Source: Callorhinchus milii
Lineage: Eukaryota
DNA: 64,000 nt
Assembly (NCBI RefSeq): GCF_018977255.1
Contig: NW_024704742.1
Coordinates: forward strand, 100,008,001 to 100,072,000
Direction of reading: 5' to 3'
Translations under genes and position numbers: made by a program
Shown: piece after piece, positions 12,570-25,830 of the stretch
How the letters are laid out: each line of letters opens with the position of its first letter
Position numbering within the stretch: the first letter of the stretch is position 1
Notes under the pieces: generated by a model
Seen by the model: the letters and a program-made list of their open reading frames with translations, nothing else
What the model was told of the DNA's origin: nothing
Databases searched by the model: none

Positions 12570-12830
12570 CATAGAACCTATTCTGAATTCCAAATTAGGG
12601 GCTGTTGGAAACCATGAGCAGAATTGCAGAAATATAAATGGTCATAGATAAGGTAGCAGAGTGGGATAATAAGTGGGAAATTGAATTCAAAGTAAAACAA
12701 GCGAAATAGTCCATTTTGTGAATACAGAACAACAAAGGAATGACAAAGGGAGGAAGTATTGTGAAATAATAAAGTAATGCTTACAGTTGATATAGCAAGT
12801 TTCCAGTCAGGGGTATCACAGAATAGCCTT
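12570..12830 (+). mobile_element. Degenerate CR1 RT fragment
   Basis: Translates in pieces to SKLG..IDKVAEWDNKWEIEF..VHF, matching the CR1 post-YADD region. Confidence 0.6.
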
Positions 12831-14124
12831 TAAACTGTATGGTCCCAAATCATAGAATATCACAATACAAAAATAGGCCATTTGGTTTATCAAGTCCGCA
12901 CTGCGGGTTTCCCCACATGAGCCTAATCTAGTACAAATCCACTTTTCTGCTCACACCCCCTCATACCCTTTAATATTCAGGGTAAGGTCCAGTTTGCTCA
13001 AGGGTCTGAATGTCTATAGGCACTTTTCATAGAACTCCTTATATCTTGTATTCCTTACATGGTAGCAGTGATTTGTGGACAGGCTTTGATCATACTCGAG
13101 TTTTCTGACTCGCGATAGAGATATCACTGTTGTCCCAGTACTTACCAGTAATTGCAAAATCTTCTCAATTTGATCCCTTGCAAGCCCACGCTTGGACAAT
13201 CAAAGGTAAAGCTTGCTAAGTGGAAAGATTTAATGATGAGAATACTCCTTAATAAACATGTTACAACAATAAGAATAAAAGATAGCTCAAGTTTTAAAGT
13301 AACAATTCCCTAAATGTTGACATGTAGAAATCTATTTGTGTTGAAATATCAGTTCCAATGCATCCAATGAACACTTTGTTAGTTGCCATGTAAATTGTGA
13401 TTTGTATTTTATTCCCTTCCTATTACATATGCAAGCAGCAGTCCACTCAACTGCATTTAAAATGTAGAATATTTGTAGGTACATATTTGTATCACACCCT
13501 CACATTGGTTTAGAAATAATTGAAGAATGTTGTTGGGTTTATAGCCCTCGGAGATTTGATCCTTGGAGTGTTACCTCGATGCTATCAAAACCCTGTTCAG
13601 TTTCTTTTCGTGAGCATGTCTAGAAAATAAATATTTTGAGATTTCGCTTTCCTGTGTTCTGCCTCCCCCCACTCTCTCCATTAATCTTTTTTTATGAGCC
13701 TGACGTGACATTTTTGTAAAGCAGCTTCTCCAAGAGAGGAAAGAAAAACATGTTCATGTACTGAATGCAAATAAAGAGAACCATGGATTGATTAATGACT
13801 TCAGCGAACTGCATTTCCTATAAACATCACAGCACGTGGCCTATGTTTTCCATCATGTCCAGTCATTGCAGACTTTAAAATCATAATGCCAAATATTAAG
13901 AGATTTGAACAATGCAAGGGCAATGAACCTCACTGGGAAATCCAAGGATACAATTAAATCCAGCCACACTTGGAGTAACATTCATTCACGTTTAGTGGGT
14001 TTCAGCATTTCCATGCGGGAAATGTGCTGAATGTTGTTAAATTTTTAACTGCTCCTTCTTTTGTTCAAAAAACCTTTGCCAATGCAAATCACATAATGCT
14101 GGATGTGTAAATTGCGAGCAAATC

Positions 14125-14468
14125 AAGACTTGCAGGGTTTAAAAGGCAAGGGGGTGCTTTTGTAGATATGATATTTTCTATCAGATATAATCCAGAATCT
14201 GGGAGCATAATCTTAAAAATAGAGCTAGGAGAGAAATCAGGAGGCATTTTTTCATGCAAAGGGTAATGGAAACCTAGAACTCTCTCCCCCAAAAGGCTGT
14301 TGGTGCTGAATGCATTCCCATTTTCAAGCTGAGGAGGATACATTTTTATTAGGTAAGAGTATCAAGGGACGTTGTCAATATTTGGAGTTGAGGTACAGAT
14401 CAGCTGTGATCTCATAAAATGGCGGAACAGGCTCGAGGAGCTGAATGGTTACTCCTGTTCCTATGTTT
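14125..14468 (+). mobile_element. CR1 LINE 3' end
   Basis: Homologous to 29850-30226, ends ggagctgaatggttactcctgttcctatgtttct. Confidence 0.85.
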
Positions 14469-14761
14469 CTGTGATAAAAAAAATGGAAGAATTGAAAAAA
14501 AGGGGCTGCCAAAAGATAGCTCTGTTGAATTAGATTCACATAGAAGAGCCTGCAATTTACAGGAGTTTGCCTGCAGCTAGCTCCAGTCAGCCTTCCCAAG
14601 AAAATGCAATGGGCTCTGGCATCAAATGACTACTAGGATCAACAGAATACAACAACTTAGCAGATCGGTTAAGTGGAAAAGAAAATGTTTTTTGCAGAAA
14701 AATGTACAACCCATGCATTTTGTTTTCAATTTGTTATCCTTTTTGTCTAACTTGACATACA

Positions 14762-14882
14762 TATTTTCACCCACAAAAATACATATTCAATCCATTTTAC
14801 AGTAATATCCTGGGAAGCGCTTTGAGACGTCTCAATGACATGATAAGGCATTATATCAAATGCAAAGGTTATTATTATTATA
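14762..14882 (+). mobile_element. SINE 3' fragment
   Basis: ttcacccacaaaa..gcgctttgagacgtctcaatgac..ttattatta. Confidence 0.8.
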
Positions 14883-16512
14883 GTATTAATATTACATTCT
14901 CAGCATTTTCAGGATATCAGGTGATTCAGACAATCTCGGGTCAGATAATTACATAAGTTAAAATAAGAACAGTCATCATTGTGAGATAGCCCTGTTTTCT
15001 GTGCTCTTAACATCCATGTGTTTTCTGGTAAATATACTGCACTTTTATCCTCTCAGTCCTTAATCCCTTAACACTGCAATACACGCGACCATGTACCAGC
15101 AGAACCACACAGATACTGAGCAAGCAGTTTATTAACACTTGTGGAGACTTCTACAGCCTCCAGAGGTCCTAACAGAGATAAGCAAGACTTGTCACCTCTA
15201 ATAAGTAAAAGAGGGTGCAGGCATCTGGGTTTTCTACAGCCGGTGTCATGCATTGCCTCTTGCAACTCGTTCTCACTCACAGTCCCCATCCTGCTCAGAT
15301 ATCTTCATTATATCAGCAAGTAGGCTTTAGACATCCTTTGTTCTGCCTGTGGTGTGGGGGAACAAGCAGGAGAATGGGATTAGGCTGGGTGGCTTGTGTT
15401 GGAGAATAAACATTAGCAGTCTTTTCAGGCCAAATTTCCAATTTAACATTCGGGATGGTATGAATAGGTCGCCTCAAGACACCATCTGCTTCTCATGGTG
15501 TAGATCATACAAACTTACAGTAATTCAAGAGAGGAAAGGTAAAGGAAAAAAATAATGCAGGAAATCTGAAAGAATTAAAAAAAACTGTACTTCTTTACCC
15601 GGAGATAATATTTTTTTAAAAAATGAGCATTTAATGATTATAGCTTCCAGCAGCAATTAACGTATTAAAATAAATTAATTTCCTGTAATTCCTATGTATT
15701 GACATGGGTCAGATTTAAACTTGACCCAAATCGGGATCCTTTGTACGGGAAACTGCATCATTGTTACGTCGCTACCTTAATAGTTCACTCAACAATTTCT
15801 TCTATTCCATCAAAACAGAATAAGTAAATTCTATCCAGGGTATACTTTTGAAAATGTCACATAAATGTTGACTTGGACCTTGAAAAGGTAATTAGATCTG
15901 CTGAGGCACGTAGACATTTACCACAGTAACCAAACACATTCAGATTATAGTCACTGCATTCTGTGGGTTATTTTGGTGGAATTTCAAGCAGAGCAGATTT
16001 ATTTAATGACATATGCACATAGCAGCTGTCATTTCAGAGCACGAGACACAAAGACAAATGTTTCTGTCAAGAAAAAGCCTCCAAAGCCCTATTTACACTA
16101 ATGCTTGAGATTTGGATTTGTTCTGAATTGACATCTGCTTCAAATAAAATGATGCTCCTTCATCTGTGTAAATTTACTCAGTCAGGTGCTGGGCCACACT
16201 GAAATTTGTGTATCTACTTTCCCCCACTAGATGTATCATGGGATCGAAAAAGCACTCTGCAGCATAAACTGCATTTCCAGCAAGGGAGCTCATGTACATC
16301 ACACTATCCTCAGCTCGCTGGCAAGCTCGGATTGGAGCCAAGAACCCACAAGTGAACACAGCGGGTTCCCTACTGGAGATGCGTTTTATGTCGTGAAATG
16401 CTTCCTGGAGTTACGTGGTGCCAGGAATGCTACTACTTTCCTGAGATTTTTCCCATTTCACCATATTGATCTGGCTGCTTCCTTCGCTCAACAAACACTG
16501 GCCTGCTTCATA

Positions 16513-16807
16513 TAATAATAATAATCCTTGCATTTGATATAGCGCTTTTCACGTTGGGAGGACATCTCAAAGCGCTTCACAGAACACACTGTAAAGTGAA
16601 TTGACTGTATATTTGTGGGCGAACGCGGCAGCCAATTGCGCACAACAATGTCCCACAAACAGTCGTAAATTGAAAATGACCAATTTAATTATTGTTTTTG
16701 GTTTTTGAAGGGATTATTATTAGGCGTGTGGAGTAAGGAAACTTGCCCAAGAACTCACGTCTCTCGCTTGCAAAGCGAGTCCTCTAACCACTGAGCTACA
16801 GGACTCC
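16513..16807 (-). mobile_element. tRNA(Ala)-derived SINE, short variant, with internal deletion in the head
   Basis: rc head ggagtcctgtagctcagtggttag..ctcgctttgcaagcgag, L2-like CTCCC loop in the tail. Confidence 0.92.
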
Positions 16808-16809
16808 AC

Positions 16810-17020
16810 AATATCCCCCGCCCTATTCACCCCACCATTGGTGGGCAGTCCTTCAGCCATTCTGCCCCGCTCTCTGGAACTCCATCCCTCAGTCTTGGCC
16901 CCTCCCTCACCTTAAGATCTTTTTGACCATACTTCAACCATACCAACTCAGGTGCCCAGTTCATCATTGTCAAGTGCTTACAGATGTCCTCCTAATCTGA
17001 AGGGCATTACAAAAATGTAA
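16810..17020 (+). mobile_element. Degenerate L2 3' fragment
   Basis: cccaccattggtgggcagtccttcagc..ctctggaactccatccctcag (PTIGG..FS..LWNSIPQ). Confidence 0.8.
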
Positions 17021-18220
17021 ACTATAGTGCATTGGTAAATTTGTAAAGGACAAGGAGGTTTTTAGTGGGAAGGTGGTTGGAGAACCCTTCGGCATTTTGC
17101 AACTTTGATTTAATTTCTATAATAATAATAATCCTTGTATTTGTTTTTTGTGCTTTGCAGGATAAACTGTAAAGTGTATCTGTGTATACTCTGTATTTTG
17201 TGAGCGATGTTGAATCCAAATATCAAAGGAAATATCTCAAAACTATTACTTACTCAGTATTACTATAAATACATATTAAAGTCCAAACAGTCCTTAGATA
17301 AGCAAATGAATGAATCTGCTGAAGTCACCTGTGTGAGTATGGTTGATAAGACACCGCATCTGATAACCTTATTTAAACATTCCAGGGCTCCCAAATTATG
17401 GGTCAGAATGTTATAGCATTCTCTTGTTGACATACAAGCTTACATTATATAATTTTATTTAGTGAGTTTCCAAATAATAATCCTTACATTTGAGGTGCCA
17501 TTTGTACTCAATCATTCATCCTCACCTTTGTCACTTTCTAGACTTGTCTTTCTACCTGTTGATTAAATTTTGGGACTGGCTCAATGCAGGTCTACAATAA
17601 AATAGAGAGCTGCATCCTTTTTGTTGAGATTTCTGTAATACTTTCAAGGCTGTTTTTAGATATCTCAGATTCTGTATGAATGCTTTCTTATTGATGAATG
17701 AATATGACAGAAGCAAGCAATGCTTTTTTTTGTACTTCTACACAGTGTATAATAATCCTTGCATTTAATTTAGTGCCTTTTCTTGTCATTGAAACTTTTC
17801 AGAGCGAGTCATAGGATTCTCCTGTAGTTACTGTGAGTTTGTAAGCAGCCTTGTTGCATACATCAATGTCTACAAACAGTCATGCTGTCACCTAAAGCAA
17901 ACTTAGTTCCACGCCACTCAGAGAGAGTTAAACTGATAAACTAATCCATCTCTGTCTCATCTCCCAACAAAGCCCAAGAACTGTCTGTATAGCCGGAAAG
18001 AAAAATCAGAGAGATGTATCTCAGGATTCAGTATAATAGCAATCTGACGTGTCTTTTCGATTGTTTTTTTTAAACATAATTTAAAATTATGCCATATTTA
18101 ATTATGATCAATGGCAGATGAAATTCTGATCAAGTTACTGTGGTAAGAGTCCAGTTTAGATACTTCGGGGGAAATTACGCACCAAGTACAATATATGGAT
18201 TGTGCTGATGATCAATGTTA

Positions 18221-18532
18221 TAATAATCCTTGCATTTGATATAGCGCTTTTCACGTCGGGAGGACGTCCCAAAGCGCTTCACAGAACACACTGTAAAGTG
18301 AATTGACTGTATATTTGTGGGCAAACGCGGCAGCCAATTGCGCACAGCAATGTCCCACAAACAGTCGTAGATTGAAAATGACCAATTTATTATTGTTTTG
18401 GGTTTTTTGAGGGATTATTATTAGGCTCTGTGTGGAGTAAGGAAACTTGCCCAAGGTTTCGCCCTGCCTGGAATTGAACTCAGGTCTCTCGCTTGCAAAG
18501 CGAGTGCTCTAACCACTGAGCTACAGGACTCC
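18221..18532 (-). mobile_element. tRNA(Ala)-derived SINE, short variant, full length and young-looking
   Basis: Head 18460-18530 folds as a near cloverleaf with anticodon arm CTCGC-TTTGCAA-GCGAG. CpGs retained. Tail gggacgtcctcccgacgtgaaaagcgct. Confidence 0.95.
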
Positions 18533-19233
18533 ACCTTCAACCCTGCGGAAAGCAAAGAAAAACAAAAGTGACAAATGCCCCAGTATAATAATAATAAGTC
18601 CTTGTAGACTCAAACCTTGTCCAGTCATCATATGAAGAGTGTAAATGAATTGAAATTACAGTGGATCTGATATGGAAATTAAATAGAATAAAGGGCCTTT
18701 TTTTAAAAAAAATTGAACCAGCTGCAATGTCCTCATTTACAGATCTCCTGAACAGATACTCCAGTACTGAATTATGATCTAAACTTGGGTATTATCTGGC
18801 ATAAGCCAAGCTCATATGTTTGACTCCCTGTTATTACAAGAAAATGCATACAGAGAAAGATCCTGCGTAAATGTCAAATCCATGAGATTAGGCAGTAGAT
18901 ATTATTGCACAGCTATTAAAATCTTGTAACATTCAACCACAGACCATGGTTGAAGTGAAGGAGAGGGGGTGGGGAGGGGAGTGCAAGTCAGCAAGTCAAA
19001 TGGATGTGAAAGTTTGTACTATAATATTAAAGTCATTGAAGTCCAATTTGCCATATTTTTTAAAGCAGATTGCTACATAAGGAATCCCATTTGAATTTCC
19101 AGTGATGTGCAGGATCGTCATTCCGAAAGTACAGCAGAGAACCTGATATCTGCTCTAATTTATACTGGCCCCATTGTGGATATGAAAACAGTCTAGATAG
19201 CGCATTTCCATATTTTGTGTATACAGTATTTTC

Positions 19234-19251
19234 GTGTGTGTGTGTGTGTGT
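19234..19251. repeat. (GT)n microsatellite
   Basis: About 9 GT units. Confidence 0.9.
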
Positions 19252-19899
19252 ATACTCTTAAAATGGGTTTCTACATGTGTCAAAGACTATCTCTCTTACT
19301 GCCTTTTAACTGTCTGTGTTTGTGAGTGTATATTTCTGCCTCAGACATGTGGATTGTCAGGGTGCTGATACACCACATTCCAGTATAGCTTACATCGCAG
19401 CAGAGTTCACGGGTTACCGAAGAAGTTCGCAATTTCTGAACCCGATACCATAATAAAAAATGGTGTTAAGAATTGCTGTGAATTAGACACTGATATTACA
19501 TTTCTCAGTAAATCATGAATATCACTTGAGATTAGGGTAATTTCTTTCATATTATTTAAGTTTATATAGATTAACTTCAAGACTTCATATTATTTAAGTT
19601 TAAGTTGATATGCAAGTTTATATAGCATGTCAAATTTGTACGCACAAGTATATCATGTGATGTACCTTTTGTGGCAAAATAAAACCCATATGATTTCCCA
19701 GACTTGGGGCAGTAACCTATGACTGGTAAGTTTATGGGAATTGGTAGTGTTTGCAAGAGGGGTTTGCAACTATAGGTAAATGGGGATGGAGTATTTTGGA
19801 TAGCATTGTCTGCACATACACAAATTGGTGGAATTGTTAGAAATTGTTAGAAAATATAAAAAGGGCATTAAGATTCATTTAAACAGGATTTGGAAAGGG

Positions 19900-20710
19900 A
19901 GACTGCAATAACATAGATGATAAATAATCGTGGATAGAAAAAACAATTACATAGTTCAGGATAAGGACAGAAATAAATCAAAAGGATTTAAAAACTGGCA
20001 TAAATCAGGGCATAAAGGGTTAAATAAGATGTTACAGAGGATCAGGTAGTATTTTAAATTAATTCTTCACAACGGAAGACCATAAACAGCTTTTTGATCC
20101 AGTTATTTATGGTGCAGAAATCTATAACATATGGAAAAGTCAGTAAAGCTAGGGAATGTCTAGAGGGCATCTGAACCAGATGGTCTACAATCTAATATTC
20201 TTAAAGAGATGGAAGGGGGAAAGTGGAAGACTCTGGTTGATATTTTAGGAGCTCCATAAGCACAGTTGTACTTGAAAACTAGCAGATAGTCAGTGTTATC
20301 CCAAACCTTTGAAGCTGTAATCAACAAGGCTGATCAATTACTAGGATTCAACTCAAGGGCATGTGATCATAGGTTGAAACAAGCTCCTCTAACTTGGCAT
20401 AGATCTTTGGTAAAACCACATTTGCAATATTAAGCGCCCTTTGGGGGCACCCAATCTTCAAAGGAAAATTGATGCATTGGAGAGGATTTGAGGAATAGTA
20501 ACAAGGTTAATTTCAAGACTTACAGCTGAGAGTTATGAAAAAAGGTTCAGAGAACTGAGCATATTGTCATCAGAGAAAGGGAGATTGAGAGGCAGCAACA
20601 TTCAGACTTTTTAAAATGCTGAGCAGCATAAAAAATGCAGATGCAAACAGATTATTTCAGGAAAGAACTAGAATATAAAAAATGAACGTGCCTCAAGGAA
20701 GACTTGAGAA
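19900..20710 (+). mobile_element. Old, internally deleted CR1 ORF2 remnant
   Basis: Pieces translate to ASEPDGLQSNILKEM and KADQLLGF..RSLVKPHLQY, with many stops. Confidence 0.7.
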
Positions 20711-21885
20711 CAGAAGGAATTTACTACCTGCAAAACTCCCGATTACCAGCTAGGGAGGAAAAAATTCTTGGTAAAAGTAATCACAACTCTGTTATCTTTT
20801 TAGGGAAAAACACAAGCTGGATGAATTTGACTGGGAACAAAATGAAGGTTGCAAAGATACATGCAGATAGAGATGATCTAGTGCTTTATTGAATATAATG
20901 CTTCCTAAGCTCTGGGACCATATATATTTCACACAAGGAAGGCACCCAGGACAGGATCATGATATAGGATTCAAGGTTAAAGATATATGCTGAAGGTTTG
21001 CTCCAGTTCATTGGGAATGGGGTTAAGAGGCATTTTGCAGAACTTTTACACAGGATATTAACGGTTTTAAGTAGCGATGGCAGCAGAGCAGATAATTTTG
21101 TAAATGGTGTCTGGGATGAATGGACTTGATGAACCATAAGGTTTCTTGTTATGCTCTTAGTTGTTGGTTTCTTGCAATTTAAAAAGCGTACAAAATGAAT
21201 CACATCTTCAGAGGTGTAAGATCCTTCAGGATCTGACATTACAGACCTTTTTATATTTACAAAGCATGATTTGTGAGCATGTATTAGGATAAAAACATGT
21301 CAGTCTGAGTACAGTATATGTTTGTCGGCATTATCAGAAGATTATTAACTGGAAACATTTGTAGCTGCTATTTCCCGAGTGTACAGCTTTACAAATGTGC
21401 TTTGCAGCTGACTAACAACTGTTCCTGGGAAATAGCTAAATGGTGCTGCCTCCCAAATGACTTTGTTAAAGGCCAACAGGCAAAACTAACAGGAATTCAA
21501 AGTAAAGATCTCTGTTTTGTCTTCTATGCAAACATTGAAACATTCACCGTTTGAAAGCTGGTATGTTTCCAAACGTTTCCCCTATCATGTTTCCATTTGC
21601 CCAGCTGTGAACAAGCTACCTGTGGAAATCATTGACACATATCTGCCCCTGGTGTCAATGGGTCACTATAAGCCTTTCCATCTCTGGTATGTCATATGTG
21701 TAACAGTCCTATCTTCCCTTTGTGGGCCCTATCTGCATTAACATTTGTGGAGTTTGCTTTTTCCTGACACTAGCTCTGAATATTTTCTCCCATTTGAAAA
21801 TCTGGTGCAATTCAATTGCAGATAAAACTGAAGAAATCAACCAATTCTTAAATGTCAAGTTTTTTACTTTTTTTTAAAACAAATA

Positions 21886-22068
21886 AAATAATAATAATGC
21901 TGCCTTGGTATTTGATATAACGCCTTTCACAACAGGAGGATATCTCAAAGCGCTTCACAGGATATACTCTAAACTGCAGTGACTGTGTATTTGTAGGTAA
22001 TGCCAATTTGCACTCAATGATGTCCAACAAACAGCCATGAAGTGAATGACCAATTTTATTTGGGGGAA
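21886..22068 (-). mobile_element. SINE 3' half (Deu-type)
   Basis: Reverse complement of tail and body, homologous to 58581-58745. Confidence 0.8.
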
Positions 22069-22429
22069 TTGTTAGTTCAAATAAAGTTATTTGAATTTTA
22101 AAATGAATTCTTGAATTCACCAGATGCAGTGACTCACTTTAAGAGGGTATCTCATTTTATTTTCGTCTCACAGTAGTGAAAACATCTCTTCAACTTGAAG
22201 TCACTGTGAATGTTTCATCTGACAGAAATTAAACTGCGTGACATAACATTTCTAAAAAAGGAGAAATGGTTCATAACTAAATGATCAACTTTAAAGTACT
22301 TATACTTCTCACAGCATGAAACAATCTGCCAACAATGACTCAGTGATTTCATACCCAGAGAATTGACCAACCAATGGAAATTCAGCTATAAAACCATCTG
22401 GTTCTGTGGCATTTGTACATCACGCTTCA

Positions 22430-22710
22430 ACCTATCAGCCGCAAAGTTAAACCGAGGTCCTGTTTGCCCATGTTGGTGAATCACAGGAATGTTGAAGATT
22501 AAACAGATGCACTCTTAAATTCTGTCCAATATTACTCACTCATCCAAATAATCACCAAAGACAACATTAACCTGCCATTCATCTTTTTGGGAGTTTGTGG
22601 GACTTTGCACAGATTAGCTGCTGCATTTGCATCTTCTACACTTTAAAATAAATCATTGTATGAAGCACTTTAAGCCGTTTCAATGAGATAAAGTGCTCTA
22701 TTCAATGCAG
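22430..22710 (+). mobile_element. Degenerate DeuSINE-type remnant
   Basis: gttaaaccgaggtcctgtttgccc core, gtttgtgggactttg body, eroded tail. Confidence 0.6.
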
Positions 22711-22739
22711 TGACTAATTCACAATCTGACAAAATACAT

Positions 22740-22962
22740 TAGGGTCTAATGTGTGGGTTGGGTTCCTGTGTGAAAAGCATTCAGGTCCCCTTAATTACAC
22801 AACTATGAAACAATGTAAATCACATGGAATCCATATCCCTGGCTGATAATTTACATAATTAAAGATACCTGTAATTACTTCCTTATACTTTTTTGCTCAT
22901 GGTTAACCCAACCCTTATATTTTGTACATGGATTGTTAACCCGACCCGCAAATTAAACCCTA
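22740..22962. mobile_element. MITE with ~25-bp terminal inverted repeats (hAT-like TAGGG ends)
   Basis: tagggtctaatgtgtgggttgggtt vs rc of right end tagggtttaatttgcgggtcgggtt (21/25). Confidence 0.7.
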
Positions 22963-23084
22963 TTAAAACATCACAATAAGATTACGGATTATATTGTTGA
23001 TCCATTAGGTGATTGCTGTGTCACAATAACTCTCTTGCAACAAAGACTAACCCTTAGGGTTAAAATAGAGCAAACAGTTATAAC

Positions 23085-23195
23085 ATAATAATAATCCTTG
23101 CATTTGATATAGCGCCTTATCATGTCTTCGAGATGTCTCAAAGCACTTCACAAGATACACTGTGTAGTGAATTGACTGGGTATTTTGGGGGCGAA
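23085..23195 (-). mobile_element. SINE 3' fragment
   Basis: taataatccttgcatttgatatagcgcc.. Confidence 0.85.
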
Positions 23196-23902
23196 AAGCA
23201 TTAAACAGTTAAACAGTTAATCCAGCATTTACAATAATAGCACCAGCTTTCCTCTTCTTTACCTGTACTATTCTTCTTAAATGCTTATTTATTCTGATGA
23301 AGTTAACTTGCAGCATAAAGGAGATGAAATTTGCAATCTTGAAGCTGTTTTGTCATCAGACAAAACTCATATTGCCCGGCCTTCATAAAATGCAAAAAGC
23401 GTTGAGAGGGTGATGTGCAAGACCCAGTGTATTCTATATAGGGACCTCTTCTATTTGTAATACTATCATACACCCCATAAGTTCAGAAATTAAATGGGCA
23501 AAGTTCTGGGAGATGGTTGGTTTCACTCCGACAACCAACGCTCCAATAATAGCTGAATAATTCAACTGGATTTCTTTTTTTAAAGAAAAACAATTGGAAA
23601 AGGTTCTGACCTGTGCAAAATGTAACTATTTTTATTACAATAAATCTATTGCAACTCGGCCCCCCCAATCAGACTTAAATTTCAATGCAGAATTTTTGTT
23701 TTTCATTTCAGTTTAATTTTAAGATCTTTCACAGATTAAGATAACATTACCCCAATTTATTTAAGGCCAGAGTGTCCTCAGTGGCTTCTAATATTACCGC
23801 AGCTTTCCTCAGCAAATAATGATATTTCTTGGCATCAACTGATGTACAAGCTGAAGGTTTACTGCCCCTCCAGTTAAAAAACATTAATTATCTGAGTTAT
23901 AA

Positions 23903-24320
23903 AAATAATGCTTGCATTTGTTATAGAGCTTTATCATCTCATCGAGACATCTCAAAGCACTTCACAGAATTTACTGTAAAGTGGATTGATAGTGTATTTT
24001 GTGGGCAAAACACGGCAGCCAGTTTGCGCACAGCAATGCCCCACAAACAACCACGGATTGAGTGACTGATTTTATTTGGAGGATTTGTTGTCCAGGACAC
24101 TGGGAAAAACTCTCTTTTTGAATTGTGCCATGGGGTCTATAGCATCCACCTAAACATGCAGCTAAGACCTCAGTTTAAAGTCTCATCCGAAGGACGGTAC
24201 TTCTGATAACGCACCCCCAGCACTGCATAGTCAGCTTTGACTATGTGATTTTGAGGCCCGACATGGTGCTTGAACCCACAACCTTCTGATTCTGAGGCAA
24301 GAGTGCTACCACTGAGCCAC
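23903..24320 (-). mobile_element. DeuSINE-type SINE, near full length
   Basis: rc head gtggctcagtggtagcactcttgcctcagaatcagaaggttgtgggttcaag, Deu-type core, shared tail. Confidence 0.85.
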
Positions 24321-25294
24321 ACAAGGAATATAAAATCGTTTCATGCCCCCAGATAGTGAACCAACCACTTGTATAACACTGTCTGCATTGGAAACCTGCA
24401 ATACATATTTCCCTCTTCAGATTCTGAAATGAGGGGGTAATCAAATGTATAGTCAAAGACAGTTTTTTCTAGAAGGGATTTGAATCGGAGGCAATGCTGG
24501 TTTCTGGAGATTAAACCATTCACTATGCCATTATGTAAGTCAATATATTTATTTCTCTTTGAGAAGTTAAATCACTGTGTGGACATTTCTAACATTTTCA
24601 CGAGAGGTTTGTATGAAGAAGCCCATTTGATCTCATCCTTCCTGAATACCCATCCTACTGTCTTCCTATCACTGTTAAATGACTCCAGAGTCAAGAAAGA
24701 GTCAGCCTCTCACATATTCTCAGGCACATTACTCTAATCAAGCCATTTTAGTCTCTCACACCCACCACCACATTCCCACGATCAGTCCTGATAAATTCAT
24801 CACATACATACATTGCCAGTAAGATTTAAATAATCAGGTTTCATGGTCTCTTGTCAAATTTACTGTACACACATTGATGAACAATGGAAAGTTGCATAAC
24901 ATGAAACCTAATTCAAACATCAAACCTTAAAGAAAATGGACAATGGACTCTTGACCAAAGGTAAAAGGTGGGGGAGTTTCAGGGATTAGTGTCACATTAA
25001 AATGGGATTAAGGGTAGGAAGCAGATTTAAGTGTTGTATGATTGACTAATCGGCCAATAGCAGGATTACAGTAAACACGGTGATGACCTTACCAAGATTG
25101 ATGGTGTGTTCAGTGATGTGGAAATGAGAAATTAAACTTAACTGATTGCACAGTTTGCAATAAAGGTCTGATCAGTAATACTTAGCTTGAAGTAGCCAAG
25201 TAAAATCACCCCAACTCCTTTCCACCTTTGAGAGATCAGCAAATACATTTCTATAGAGTCTTTCAAATTAAAGTTACAGTACCTTGCACAACAC

Positions 25295-25530
25295 CAATTT
25301 GCATTTATATAGTGTCCTTCACCGAGGATAATGTTTTGGAGGGCTTGCAATGATGGATCAGAGGGCGAGCAATGGAGAAGGGAGCAGGGATGGTGGAAGG
25401 GGGAGGTTACCATAGAAGAGGTGGGTTTTAAAGGTTGGATTTATAAATGGATAGAGAGGAATGGATGGAGAAGTAGAGGGAGAGAGCCCTAGAGATTACG
25501 TTCGCTATAGTTGAAGGCTTGGCCATCAAT
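25295..25530 (-). mobile_element. Degenerate L2 3' fragment
   Basis: Purine-rich 3'UTR complement, tgaaggcttggccatcaatg, tail ttgcatttatatagtg. Confidence 0.6.
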
Positions 25531-25532
25531 GA

Positions 25533-25830
25533 TAATAATAATAATCCTTGCATTTGATATAACGCTTTTCACGTCTTTTAGACATCTCAAAGCGCTTCAC
25601 AGAATATACTGTAAAGTGAATTGACTGTATATTTGTGGGTGAAACATGGCAGCCAATTGCGCACAGCAGTGCCCCCCAAACAGTCATTGATTGAGTGACC
25701 TATTTATTTATTTATTTTATTTTCTTGAGGGATTATTATCAGGCATGTGGAGTAAGGAAACTTGCCCAAGATTTTGCCCAGGTCTCTCGCTCGTGTGGCG
25801 AGTGCTCTAACCAATGAGCTACAGGACTCC
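25533..25830 (-). mobile_element. tRNA(Ala)-derived SINE, short variant
   Basis: Head ends gagctacaggactcc on +, with a deletion in the T-arm. Confidence 0.92.

Noticed and set aside
18460..18530. tRNA-Ala(TGC)-like cloverleaf (also at 4965, 6129, 16760, 25790, 41670)
   Set aside because: Each is fused to a SINE body and tail, with mismatched acceptor or T stems. These are SINE heads, not tRNA genes.
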